Shown here: one piece after another, positions 51,220 to 64,000 of the stretch
Layout of the letters: each line of letters opens with the position of its first letter
How positions within the stretch are numbered: position 1 is the first letter of the stretch
Assembly: GCF_030684315.1 (NCBI RefSeq)
Contig: NC_081396.1
Location: forward strand, 3,720,001 to 3,784,000
DNA length: 64,000 bases
Direction of reading: 5' to 3'
DNA from: Stegostoma tigrinum
Lineage: Eukaryota
The notes under the pieces: generated by a model
Seen by the model: only the letters and a program-made list of their open reading frames with translations
What the model was told of the DNA's origin: nothing
Database searches by the model: none
Translations under genes and position numbers: made by a program

Positions 51220-52290
51220 CAATGTTTGTCTGCCCAGCTACTGTTCTCTTTGAGTTCACAGAACATAGAACATCGAACACAGAACAATACGACACAGAAC
51301 AGGCCCTTCGGCCCTCGATGTTGCGCTGACCGGCAAAGTAATCTAAGCACATCCTACTGACACTATCCCATCATCATCCATTTGCTTATCCAAGGACTGT
51401 TTAAATGCCCCTAATGTGGCTGAGTTAACTACAATTGCAGGCCGGACGTTCCAAGCCCTTACCATGCTCAGAGTAAAGAATCTGCCTCTGACATCTGTCT
51501 GATATCTATATCCCCTGAATTTGTAGCTATGCCCCCTCGTACAAGCTGACGTCATCATCGTCGAAAAAAGACTCTCACTGTGCACCCGATCTGATCCTCT
51601 GTTCATCTTATATGTCTCAATTAAATCCCCTCTTAGACTTCTTCTCTCCAATGAGAACTGACCCAAATCCCTCAGTCTTTCTTCATAGGTCCCTCACTCC
51701 AGACCAGGCAACATCCTGGTAAATCTCCTCTGCACCTTTTCCAATGCTTCCACATCCTTCCTGTAATGGGGCGACCAGAACTGTGTGCAATATTCCAAAT
51801 GAGGCCGCACTAGCGTTTATATAGATCCATCTCAATCTGTCTCCATCTTACTAAATGCAACCATCCATGGCTGCCCGACTTTCCCGTTTCCTTTGCATAC
51901 AGATCTCTGTTTCCAGGTGCATTTGGCTCTGAAGAAGAATCACTGTACCGGAAATATTGAGGCTGTTGAATTTCCAAAGATGCTGTCAGGCCCCCTTAGA
52001 TCCGAATCAATTTCTATTTCAGCCTTTTTCTGAATTTTGTTGGAATGATAACACTGCCGTCTATGTGCTTATTTCTAACAGCCAGTACTCCAATTCGTTG
52101 TCAATTCTTTCACGATGTTACCGCATTTCAGGACCAGATGTTGAAATACTTGCTTCATCCCCACAGGCATTCATCTTTTTAAGGTCATCAATAGAAAGAT
52201 CCAATTTTCTCCGAGACTGTCAGGCAAATTCGGTTTCCAAATGAAGGGGAATTTCAATCAATGAGGGATACATGGGCTCATGCACCCCAA
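51220..52290 (+). pseudogene. Possible heavily decayed antigen-receptor V gene (leader plus V exon)
   Basis: Leader-like M..AQLLFSL; acceptor ttctaacag at 52081; frameshifted HDVTAFQDQ..VEI.C, HQ*KDP..SPRL and FQSMRDT. Confidence 0.35.
51260..51822 (-). mobile_element. CR1 LINE 3' end (relatively young)
   Basis: ORF 51343..51666 FSLERRSLRGDLIETYK...TRGHSYK...FFTLSMVRAWN; (agaacat)n tail. Confidence 0.95.
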
Positions 52291-52655
52291 TAGTTGGATA
52301 AACAGCCTCTGGCTCTCAGCACTCATCCCACTCAGGTCTTTCTCTTGGCATGGGGATGATATCAATCACCCAAGGTCCACACTGACGAGGAGCATGCGCA
52401 GCAGAATGGTAGTAAAGCCTCCAAATGTGAGGGAGGATTGAGGCTATCAGTTGAATGAGAAGTTTCAGTAACACCTCGGGGAGGTTGCCAGGCCTGATTG
52501 TCAATATGCTACTACTTCCTGGGGTCGAGTTTGTCAAAGAGAGCAGGGCCGGAATTTCCTGGGCGAGGTCTGAGGCCTCGAATAAGAGAGTCTCACGTTG
52601 CGACTGTACCCCGCCGGCCTTACTGGCGGCTATCGTAGTGAGAACACCATCAAAT
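52290..52655 (-). mobile_element. LINE fragment
   Basis: tcccactcaggtctttctcttggcatgggg...cagttgaatgagaagtttcag resembles shark LINE RT 3' regions. Confidence 0.45.
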
Positions 52656-53399
52656 GCCATTTCTGTGACAGAATTCCTATTTTGTGTCAGTCTTTTGCGT
52701 CATTGAGAGTTTGCTAAATTCACTCTGAGACAGCTGACTCTGAGTTTAGACTATGATCCGTAAAAACATGAAAAGGGAGTGAGAGTGGCATCCAGGATTA
52801 AAAAAAACAAAACCAATCATCGTATATAAATTAACCCAAACGAATCTGTCAATTGTTTGGGATGGAGATGAAGCATTCAAGATGTCAGTCACCTGGTGTG
52901 AAAATCCTTTGCTCATTGGTTTACTTTTTAGTTTGTCGACAAGCTGGAGAAATGAACCCAAACATGGAATAGGATTGGAGAACAGTGAGATTTGAGGAAG
53001 GAAATAATGGGAATGGATTTGTATCTCAACCCATAGAATCTAGCATTGTCTCATTAGTCGTCTTTTTTGATCCTGTCGTTATATTGACGTCTTTTGTAAA
53101 CTCCTTTCATCGAGTGGTGCAAGCTTTAGATGGAAACGCAAACCAAAGAATGCATCAAACTTTGACCGTCTCCTTAGTTATCTGGGTCTGAATGTCATTG
53201 CTCTTTATATATGATACAACTAATATTTGTTCGTTCTGTCTGTGCGAAAACTGTTCAAAAATCAGCAAATTCTGTGACGTACACACACAATTCAATGTGA
53301 GGTTTCGACATCACTGTATGTGGAAACAGTTTTAATTGGCAATATTTAAAAAAAAACTTGTGCTGTTCACATTCACAAGAAACTAAGTGTTCTGATGGT

Positions 53400-53870
53400 A
53401 AATGAGGCTTCATCTGATCATCCAAACTGCAGGGACACCTGGAAACCAGCAAAATGAAGAAACTGTGGTAATGTAATGATTATGGGAGAGTATTTAATTA
53501 TCCATCCAGGTTACTAAAGGTTGACCACAGACATAAGGAGATCAGCACCACACCATATCCAACGATCTGTGGGCACAGTCAAGAATTCGATTGTCATTCC
53601 TTCCTGGGATATTCACACAGTGAAATGAAGATGAAGTCATTTACTTGCTCTGTGTGTGGGAAGGAATTTATTAAGTCCAGCATCCTGCTGTCATATGTTT
53701 GTTCTCACATTCAAGATTAGCCATTCTGCTGCACTGTCTGTGGAAGGAGGTCCAGGCGTTCATGTGAATTCATTACTGAGCAGCGAATTGGCACTGGAGA
53801 GTGGCCATTCACCTGCTCAGTATGTGAAAGAGATTCGCTCAGTCATCCAATCTGCTGAGGGTCCTCCCTG
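53400..53870 (+). pseudogene. C2H2 zinc-finger pseudogene
   Basis: KSFTCSVCGKEFIKSS.LL...SH.QD*PFCCTVCGRR...TGEWPFTCSVCE. Confidence 0.85.
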
Positions 53871-55219
53871 AGTATGCTCACAAATCAGACAATGTACCAT
53901 GGCATGTAAACAACACAAAATGTGATTTTTTAAAATTACTGCTGGAGGCAACACATACACCGAAATATGTTAAAATGAAATTTAGAATGAAGTCTCTGAT
54001 CTCACCTGGAAAACCGCGTCCACTTTCAGACCTTTTTTTTTGAAAGAAAGGAAAGTCATGAAACAGAGGCAATACAAAATCACCGTGCTAAAGCGCTCTT
54101 TCCGGGATGATGAGCTTTGCGAAGGCTGGCCGATCCTCCACTGTTTAACAACAATTTTCAATTTGGTTGACTTCCATAAAATGCCACTGCGTTTTAGTAG
54201 AGTTGTACAGGGAGAAGCTGCTTCTATTGAAGAAGGATTGTAAACATTCAGACGATTGTCAAATATAACTGGCAATTAGAACAACTCAAAATTAGATAAA
54301 GTGAAGCTTATTTTAATGCAGTGACTGTTTCAGAGAGTTAAACCTGCTGCAAACTCCGCTGTGAACTCGGGATTATGCGCGGCACTCAAAGGTATTGTAG
54401 CCTGGCGAGATGGTTTGAAACAAAATTTGTGATTTATCAGCAACGATGTAGGTGTCTGTGAAAAGAAGTAACCAAACGAATCTGTTCGATCATCTCCCAC
54501 ATTTAGCAGCACAGCTTCTATTGTCAGTTTCTACTTCATGCTTTGTTTCCGATCAATGCCTTTGTCGTTTCGGTTTCCACACTGTAAACCTGCTTGTGTA
54601 CATCTTTTCTACACTTTGCACGTTTAAAAATTCCAGCGGTGGTGAAAGTATGTGACTTTTGCTCCAATAGTTTGGAAGAGTCTCTCTGTGTACCCAATTT
54701 AATTCAAAGGGCAATTTCTCTTTTTTGAATTTGCATGTGTGTAATGGTTGTATGTAGTAAAGTTGATCATTAATCTCTTGTCATGATATAAGGTTCAATT
54801 TTAAGGATTAAATGGTAATTTGAGAAAATTACGAAAATGCCGGAAATAATTATCTAGCTTTTAGTGCTCCAGCCAGACCATGACATCAGATCTAGCAGAA
54901 GAAAATCTTCATTGTTTGGTGTTTTGAAACAGCCGGTTTCATAAGAAATTTGTATTACATGCGTAGCTCCCGCGTAAGTAAAATATAACGAGTGTAGAAA
55001 GATTCAGTGCATATAGAACAGGCAGTTTCCAGAATCTGAGAACGCTTCCTTTTTTTGACGCTGAATTATATCTTGTGCCCCATATGTCTCAATGTATCTG
55101 TATTCTTGAGTGAATGTGATACTTGTGGCTGATTAACATTTAATTGGACATGTTTGGTCGAAATTTATTCATTGGGAACTCATGGTCTACCGACGTTGGA
55201 TGCATTGTGGTTTTAGACA

Positions 55220-55543
55220 GAATCGAGCGAACTTGTAACTCCATTGTGTGTCTTTAGCAGCTTTCTTGTCAAACAATGGTCGTGATGTTTTTATAAAGGC
55301 TGTGACCTTTTGTGTATCAGAGGAAACATTGATGGCCTCCTTGCACTTTCATTCTGCCTGCAGATTATCCTATCAGACATATCGAGTGAAAGATTAGTTT
55401 ACATTAATCGGCCACAAGTTAGAGAAGCATTAACTGAAATGAATTCATGAAACGAAATCTGACGTACGTGTGTAACATTTGGCTGGATTCGGATCTAGGC
55501 GGACAAACTTGGGAAAATATATCATTACTGTTGGCCCTTGAAG
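55220..55543 (+). pseudogene. Possible NCR3/NKp30-like germline VJ-type V-set exon remnant
   Basis: ELVTPLCVF...CFYK, REALTEMN, TYVCNIWLDSDLGGQTWENISLLLALE followed by a gtaag donor. Confidence 0.4.
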
Positions 55544-56001
55544 TAAGAATTAAACAATTTCAAGTTTCATACATATTCATTCCACATTTCTTTACCGTTT
55601 CAGAGAGCATTTTTATCGAAACATTTCTGTTAAAATTACCAAAAAATAACATAATTACCCGATGCCACATTGAGATGATAATGCATGAGCACTGAGCTCT
55701 GAATTTTATGCTCATCGGTAGCAGTAACCAGAAGAAGAAAATACGGGGTCAACATAGAGGACAGACATCAATTCGGAACAAGAATAACAAGAAAAAAAAG
55801 CACAAGTTGACTTCAAACAACTGGAAACCTACAAATTATTGAAAAAAATAGCTATTTCGACAATATGAAACAAGGTAAATTGGAAAACCCATAGAATATT
55901 TTCTCAGTTACTCACATAAGCTATTTTTTTCCTCTCACTGCTAGTGTCGACAGCAGGAGCGATTGTACATTTGGAATTCAGTGGCCTCGATAAACATAAA
56001 A

Positions 56002-56046
56002 TTTATTCAAGGAATTTCCTTGGGGTCACAAATTCATTCACTTGAC
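56002..56046 (-). pseudogene. IGHM: IgM heavy chain TM2 exon (VK-stop) and polyA signal
   Basis: ttttttcag|GTC AAG TGA (56046-56038); AATAAA at 56007-56002. Confidence 0.9.
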
Positions 56047-56185
56047 CTGAAAAAAGAATGTTTAGGTAATGATTTAGATGTTTATGATCAGAACATACAG
56101 GTTTTAATTTTAATTCAATGACACACATCAAGATTTCACGAGCCACAATGACCTGGTGATGTGTGAATGATTTCATTCTTCTCAC

Positions 56186-56302
56186 CTTCACCAGCGTGAC
56201 AGCAGCACTATAGAAAATGGCCAGGAAGAAAAAGGTGATGAATGTAGAAGCAGAAGATGTTATCATCCTCAAAGTCTTCAATCCAATTATGATCTTTCAA
56301 AT
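56186..56302 (-). pseudogene. IGHM: IgM heavy chain TM1 exon, frameshifted
   Basis: tcatag|(D)LKDHNWIEDFEDDNI-[frameshift]-ASTFITFFFLAIFYSAAVTLVK|gtgaga; CART motif present. Confidence 0.92.
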
Positions 56303-59055
56303 CTATGAATATAAAGCCAAGATAACGGATTTAGAATGTTCATTTATCCAATCCGATGTATCTTTATCTAAATAATGTAATCAGGGACCACAACACATTC
56401 TTCAAACCGTCAGGTTGTTCTCAAATGTGCTACTTGATCTCTATCTATTATTGTGTTAGTTACTCTCAGCAATAACTTGCTAACACTAATTGCACACGTT
56501 CTTCCTTTGTTTTCCATGTCTCAACATTTTGACACATTTCTTCATTTAAACTGTTCTGGGAGAACATAATTATTGTTATCATTCCGGACATACTGATTGG
56601 GAAAGATGATATGAATTCTCTCAATATATTTTCAATACAGGCTTTTACAGCTGTTACGTTGAAAATTGTGGACATCACTGAAGATGATTTCAAATGTGAT
56701 TATTCATCTTCTTTATTTATATGCGTTCAATTGCTTGAAAAATCAGAAGCAAAACTTAGATCCAGAGCAAGATATTTTTTCACTGTGAACTTTCCCTTAT
56801 TTTATTTCAGTCTATCACTTACTGTGCATTTTTTTTTCTTTATTGTTTGGTTATATGGTTATCAGGTTCTTTTCCTTCGCACTTGTCCACATTGAAGCTT
56901 ATGCATGACTGAACATATTCCTGTTGCCTTGTTGCTGGTATGATCATTCACATTTTTGTGCTTGTGGAGGTAAATTGTGTTCATTTCACAATGTGCCAAA
57001 ATCATTTTTTTTGACACGTCACTTCATTTGGTGATACCTATCTTTATTTTTTCATGACTTTGTGTTTTTTTCTTTTACGTCGTGCTCCGGAAAATGTGTG
57101 TTAATGTATCGATTTCAGATTCTACCAGACTGAAATTATTTTCACGTTTGCACTCCATCAATGTGTTAGTTTTTTATGTACCTTCATGTTTTGCTTGATG
57201 AGTATATTTAAGTGATGATATGGTTTCCTTGGGAATGCATCCTAAACCATCTTCTGATAGGATTTCTTGTGCTGTTGCATCTGAATGTTTACTGATGTTG
57301 AGCCATTCCCCTTTTGTTGCAAATACCCGACTGTGTGTTGAAATATGCACTTCTGTGTCTGCATGTGAGACTCATGAATTGTGTTTAAAAGTGTCCGTGT
57401 TTATGCGCTGATCATTTATGGTTTAAAAGATGCCACTAAGCTGCCTCTTTGTTCATATGACTATATTTCTTCAAGTGAGGTAATAATGAGATTAAATTTA
57501 TCTCTGTGATCTTATATATGTGCGTGTGAGTGAACCTGTGGGAGGATATGGTTCCGATATTTATATCTGTTTATAATTGCATGTCTGTACGTATGAATAT
57601 ATGAAAGGATATGGATTCATGAACATTTGTGTGCTGAAATGTGTCTATGATTTCAAGTTCATGTGGAGTTACCATTTTTTGTTTGGGTGTGTTTCTTTCC
57701 ATGCACTGGATGTTTTTGTGAGAGTCTGTGTGACAGCTCATAGATCATATGCAAATATTCCTCTCTGCATGTATGCATATGTGACAGTTTATCTGTATGT
57801 GCATTTATATTTGCACATATGTATGTCCCTTTAGGCGAAAGCTTGTGGATGAGTGTCTTTAGAGCAGTTGTGACTGTCTCTATCTGTGTTTCTTTCTGCC
57901 CTAACACAGGCTGTGTTTTATTTTTCATTATTTTGCATTTTTAATTGATTTGCAATGACTATTTCTGATCCTGATGGTATAGGGAACATTTCTCGTCTGA
58001 ATTAAAGATAAGCACTTTGTGATTGACGCTTGATGCAAAGGCCGAATTTCTGTCTCTGTGATGAAAGACCTGAGATCAAATTTCCACGACTCCAGAGATG
58101 TAAAGCAACATTTCTGTGTATGTTGGATATAAAATATGTCCAAGGTAAGTGAAAGAAGATGTCATCGGTGTTTGTACAGCAGAACTGATTCCACGGGTTC
58201 AAGGAATTTTAGTCAAGTCTGTGGAAAATAGCTACACTAATGCTAATTTGGTTTTGTATGATGCGGAATCAATGTTAACAGATGATTAATGGAACAAGTA
58301 TGTCCAACATACTTCAAAGGAAGTATGTGGCATGGAAAAATTAACTCATTGTTCAGTCAGGAAGAAACTGACTGTTCCTGTTCGGTACAAAATCACATAA
58401 CAGAGGGTGTACAACGTGAAAACTTGGAGAGTGGAGTAAGCTGAGATCTCGTTAATTGTACTCATTTCTCCGTCTGCTTGACAAGAACAAAATTTCTTTT
58501 TGTTATCTTTGGTGTGGAATTGAAGATACATTCTGTCAAGTGGTGCACTGCTGCAAGATCACTGGACGCCCCCAGATAAAACAGAAAAATTCAAGTCATT
58601 CTGAACCCTATAAAATAAGTGTCCAAGTCAATGCTAACTTGTCAGTGTGTTCCAATAAAAAATAATGTTAAAAGTCTCTGAAGTTTATATTGCCAGTTCA
58701 GGCAGTGTGCCAGTTTAACGCTGGCATGAAATTTACAGATATGTCTCATTGAGGACTCATCAAAACAAAGATCATAATTGGTGCTGTTCGTTTGTGATGA
58801 AATGGGCATTGCAAAATTTCGTCGCAGTGTGATTTAAATTGCAGAAGGTAATTTCTAGAATCCTGCAATGAACGAGCATCAGTCTGTCACTGAAAAGGAC
58901 AAATCTAGGCAGGGAGCATTAACTGCGCAGGCTAAAGTACCTGAACTGTTAATTGTCGACAATAGCGAGAAGGACAGAATATTATAAAACGTGGGAAATC
59001 AATCAATCAATTAAACGGTTGTCTATTTAGAGAACAATTGGAGGAAAGAAAACAG

Positions 59056-59445
59056 TTTATTATTTTTATTGAATTCTTATGTGTATCCTTGAGACTTTCA
59101 TTGGCATGAACTTATGGTGTCCATCAGTGCAAGCGAAATATTCACAAAACTCGGTTTCCCGCTTGATTTATCAACTGTTCTGTTGATGATCTTCAATGGG
59201 ATCACTTCGTGTCCCACCATACAGGAGTAAGAAGCACCGCTGGCACACACCTCTGCAGCAATGGATAATAGGATGTAAAAGAAGAAGGAGGTGTTATCGC
59301 TGTCTGTCGTCACCTCGGTGTTCATATTGTTCGTCGGATTAACTGGCTTGTCATTGGTTGTCCACTTGACGAAGCTCTCTCGGGGACTGAAACCTCTCAC
59401 TAAACAGTTGAGTGAAACAAACTTCTGTGCGGACACTTCTTCTGT
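59056..59445 (-). pseudogene. IGHM: IgM heavy chain CH4 plus secretory tail, 5'-truncated, with polyA signals
   Basis: [23 protein letters not shown]...[43 protein letters not shown] (stop at 59098); AATAAA at 59070-65 and 59061-56; exon start replaced by a CR1 tail. Confidence 0.95.
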
Positions 59446-59539
59446 TCAAATGGCCTCTTCTGTGCTGTATTGTTCCATGTTCTGTGTCAGCAACCAGTTC
59501 TCAGTTCTGCACAAGGGCCACCCGTCTGAAAATGTTAAG

Positions 59540-62121
59540 TCTGCTTTTCTTTTATCACAGATGCTGCCAGACCAGTGGGCTTTTCCAACTGATTTGTTGC
59601 TTTCACAGCTCTTTCGGGATTATTTTTCGGAGTACAAGTACAATTATCTGTGAAACGTGAATGAAAGGAAAGCCTGAAATGAGAAAAAAAGTTAAGTCTA
59701 ATGGCAACAATGTAACCAGAGTCATTCGAAAATACAAAAATAGCCTCTTTGACCATGTCCATTCCCAAGGAAATCTGTAGGCATTATTTGTTCTGGCCTT
59801 CATGTCATTCCAGACGCACAGTAAAGTAATTGCCTGCTTTCTGGAGGGGCAGTGGCAAACTCCTGAATGGGTGACTTGGGATAATGACGCATTGTTGCCG
59901 AGACAGCAATGTCGACATTCCATAATTTAATAAAATAAAATATGAAGGTGACTAAAACTCTATAAAACAATCAATTAATTTAAATTGCCGTGGCAGGTCC
60001 TAATGCCCTTTCAAGCATTTTTAATGGGAACTCTGACACGAACTTTGAGCTATGTTGAGCTCTTGGATATGTTTTGGTCAAAACGGATTAAAGTGTCATG
60101 AACTGAATGTTCAAAGTAAATCCAATTGCACAGAAGCGTTTACTTAAGTGTGGCTTCAAAATAGTCATGACTGAATTCCTAACTTAAATTAAACTGATAA
60201 AATTAGAGCCTACTGTATGGAAATAAATGGCATTTGTTGCATTTAATTGTCAAGAAATTTGCATTCATTTCTGCTCACTGTCAACATTCTTAAAATGAAC
60301 TTGTTTCGATTTGAAACTGGCCGATAAATAACTTCGATCAACTGCATTTGTCTCCATCAGCACTTCTTTGTAACTGCTGAAGCGTTTATGAAAATAAATG
60401 CAGAAATAGAACTCTCAGAATAGATTACAGAGCAACAAAAACACAATTTATCCTTTCCCACAAACACAGCACACTCTTTGATTATGAATTGACGTGAATG
60501 TGTTTTAGCACACATTGTTTTATGAGGATACAATCAAAGTCTTCTCAATTTTCACCGTTAACCAAATCATGCATCTCGAATTGCAAGATACATTGGCACA
60601 GCCAATGCTTCTATCTCTGCCTTTGTCTCTCGCTCTTTCACACTTCCCATCCGATTTTATCGCCTCCATTCTTTGTTGTGCAACGACGTGTTTTGCTGAT
60701 CCAGCGTCGGAAAATGTTTTCCTCCATAACATGAAGTTGATGTACAACTAACATATCATCTCAGTCCAAGTAATGCGTCGACATTCGAGTCTCTTGAGGA
60801 AGGTTTTCTCGAAAATCTGTCTTTGAGTATCCAGCAATCTTGAATTGCTTAACAGGAACGGATGGAGTGGCCTTTAAACAGGATCTAATCTGTCATGTGT
60901 TGCGAAGGTGAGGCTTTACTGTGATAGTGTTGAAATGGATTTTCATTGTGTCTCATCGGTATTTCTAATAGCTGTAGAATGTTTGATGGCTCAGTGCAAT
61001 GCACGGTTAGTCTATTATTAATCTTTCCTGCATATCTCATGGAATGTTGAAGACCAATGGATGATGTTAGGAGGAGTTTATTTTTCAAGAGGAAGTGAAC
61101 GTGAAGAGCCTCGTTTGTTCTTGTAAAACATGAAACTCAGGGTAAATATGAAACAGAATTATCATAATTCTCACTGGCCAACTTAGAGCAAATGTTATTT
61201 TTAATGCCAGAAGAATTGGAACCAGGAGTAAGTATTCTTCCGATGGAGATTTTTCTTCCTTTCAATGACATCATGGTTGAACATTTAATCCTCACCTGCA
61301 CATTTCAGCCTTGACCTCACGTGCATTGATTCCATTACCGATTCAAAATCTGTCCCTTTTGCCCTTGAAAATACATAACAAACCAACCACAAATTTCTTC
61401 TACGATAAAGAATTCCGCAGATTCACGATATTTTGGGAGAAGAAATTCTCAACTGCCTTAAATTTGTGACCTCTAATTCAGAAACCATACCCTTTGCTCC
61501 TAAACTCTTTCACAAAAGGAAATAGCATTTCTCAAATAATAAAGCTCCTAAACACAAAGAAATACATCTTTCAGTATGTCAACATTCAATATTCAACATT
61601 CTGTTGAGAACAGGCCCTGAAATACTCAACCTTCACTCACAAGACACTCCCCACATCCTCGGAGTCATTCTACTGAATCACATGTCGAGGATCTCGCTTT
61701 CGACTGGACCTTCTCTTTGATCCAAGGCCCAAAGCAGGTCCCAACATTCCATCTGTTGTGTGACGACTGCTTGTATAGTTTTAACAAGGTGTATAGTTTC
61801 ACAGAAACGTATTATGAGAAGAAAACCTTTCAGGATAACTTATTGCACCGATGAGAGATCCCAATCTAATTGAATACCACTGATAAGCATTTGGTCCAGA
61901 TTCCGCTAAATTATTCGCTTTCATTTTGCCATCCAGGTTCGTTGTAAATGTTGTAATTCTATACATCTACATTACTTCCTCTGGCAGCCCCTTCCACAGA
62001 CGCAGCACACTTGGCGTGTAAATAAAATTAACCAGTCGATCCTTTATAAACATTTCCCCTCTCACCTTTTGAGAAAGATCTCGATCTTCGTACTCACACA
62101 CGCCAAAATTATATATATATA

Positions 62122-62173
<52 letters not shown>

Positions 62174-64000
62174 AACTATCAGCTCACCCGTCAAACATCT
62201 ACAGTCGAGAGATAAAAGCCACAGTCTAATCAGCCCCTCCCTGTGTTAAAGTCTCCAGTTCCAGAACATGGGATAACTTTGGGAAACATTTTTCAGGAGA
62301 ACACAGAGTAATTTTATAAATGCACTTCGGACAACAGATTAGCTGGTGAGATATTCGGACCCCCAGAAGATTAGCAAGGTGATAGGTCAGAAGAAGGTTG
62401 TCAAATTTGGAGGGTTTCAACTACAGGGAGAGTCTGATCGGCTGAGACTATCTTCCATGGAACATCAGAGGCTGAGAGGTGAACTGACAAAAGTTTATTA
62501 AATCATGAGGGGCATGGATATAGTGAACAGACAAAGTCGTTTTCCCGCTATAGGAGTGTCACAAAACCAAATGACGTAATTTTAAATTGGGAGCACAAAG
62601 ATTTGGAAGAGACCGAAACAGCAACTCTTACCCTCAGAAGTGGTGCACGGACGGAATGATCTGCCGAAGGAAGTGATTGAAGCTGGTGTCATTGAAACAT
62701 TTAAAATGCATCTGGATGGGGAGATAATGAGAAGATTTTGTACAGATGTGCGCGAAATGCTGGCAAAGAAACCCGATTAATTTAGAATATTTGATCAGCA
62801 CAGACAAACTGGAGCGAAGTGTCTGCTTCTGTGTTGATCATTTCTATCAATCTATGACTTCATACAGTCTCTCCTTATAATTCAGAACTTCCATTCCCAC
62901 AATATCCTGGTAAATCATTTCACCAATTTCTCCAGCCTGATAACATATCCCCTATAATCGGGCGACTAGAACAGGATACTGTCCAGCAGCAGAGGACTCA
63001 TCCGCCTCCCGTAGAAAGTCAATATCGATTTGCGCCTCCAATATTCTAAAGTCTGAGAAATGAAGGCATGCATGCTTAACGCCTTCTTAACCATTCTGAC
63101 ATCATGTGAAATAAACATCAAAGAATATGTCTTTCTGCACTAAAATACCACATAAAGCACCAGTTTCACGGTAAAACAAAATGGCCTAGTTGTTTTACCA
63201 AAACACGATACCTTGAATTGAAATTAAAAGAACACAGAACATAGAACGGGACAGCACAGTACAGACCCTTCAGCCAATGATTTTGTGGCGACCCGTTTTA
63301 CCATTGAGATCAATCTACTCTGCATAGTCTACATTTTACTCTCCTGTATGTGCACCTATCCAAGGGTCGCTCATAGATTTCCAGATTGTCTGACTCGACC
63401 ACCACTGTTGGAGGCATATTTTACGTGCTCACTACTCTCTATGTGAGAAATTACCTCTGATGTCTTCCCTATCTTCCTCCAATCACCTTACAATTATGCG
63501 CACTCATAATAATCATTTCCACGTTGGGAAAAAAAAATGTCTCTGACTATCCACTCTATCTATGCATCCCATCATCTCGCACACCTGTAATTTTTAACCT
63601 CTCAAATTTCTTTGCTTCACTGGAAAAAGCCCTAGCTCCTCAAGCTTTCATCGTAAGATATGCCCGTCAGTACTGGCAGAATCCTGGTAAACCTCCTTTG
63701 TACACTCTCTGAAGATTCCACATCTTTCCTGTGATGAGGTTAACCAGAACTGAACACAATACTCCAATTGTGGTCCCAACGGTGTTTTAAAGTGCTGCGG
63801 CATAATTGAACGTTTCTTAAACTCTAGGCCCCTGCAAAATGAAAGCCAACACATCACACGTCTTCTTTACTACCGTATCAAATTTATAACAACTTTTAGG
63901 GAACCATGGACATGGACCCTAAGATCCCTCTGTTCCTCCACACTGTTGAGAATCCTGTCATTATGCCTGCATTCTGCTTTTAAATTCTACCTTACAAAAT
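59540..64000. repeat. Segmental duplication copy B (includes SINE about 59670-59940 and CR1 fragments)
   Basis: Collinear with 5060-10934; lacks copy A segments at about 6550-7150, 7761-7971 and 8390-9080. Confidence 0.95.
62109..62171. repeat. (TA)n/(TG)n microsatellite
   Basis: Seen directly; lies where copy B lacks the copy A segment. Confidence 0.95.

Noticed and set aside
58346-58531. Hydrophobic ORF between IgM sec and TM1 as a possible alternative TM exon
   Set aside because: No CART motif and no phase-compatible splice sites
1-64000. Prokaryotic systems (CRISPR, operons, defence islands)
   Set aside because: The sequence is vertebrate, intron- and retroelement-rich, with no regular repeat-spacer array

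Overview
Eukaryotic, repeat-rich DNA from a cartilaginous fish, most likely a shark. This rests on the shark-type IgM secretory tail, Deu-type SINEs, CR1 LINEs and Penelope fold-back elements. I see no intact protein-coding gene. The window is a mosaic of decayed immune genes among nested retroelements. It holds two clear T-cell receptor alpha/delta V pseudogenes (31.7-32.3 kb, minus; 41.9-42.4 kb, plus, with a 23-bp RSS) and two weaker V-like remnants. It also holds the orphan 3' end of an IgM heavy-chain gene (truncated CH4/secretory, TM1 and TM2 exons, 56.0-59.4 kb, minus), an NCR3-like V-set remnant, and GPR139-like, C2H2 zinc-finger and tRNA pseudogenes. An ancient class I endogenous retrovirus (42764-51167) carries a probable 2H-phosphoesterase domain between protease and RT. 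Penelope elements carry minimal hammerhead ribozyme motifs. A 4.5-5.9 kb segmental duplication links both ends of the window. All family assignments were made by eye from recalled consensus motifs; no database search was run, and repeat boundaries are approximate.
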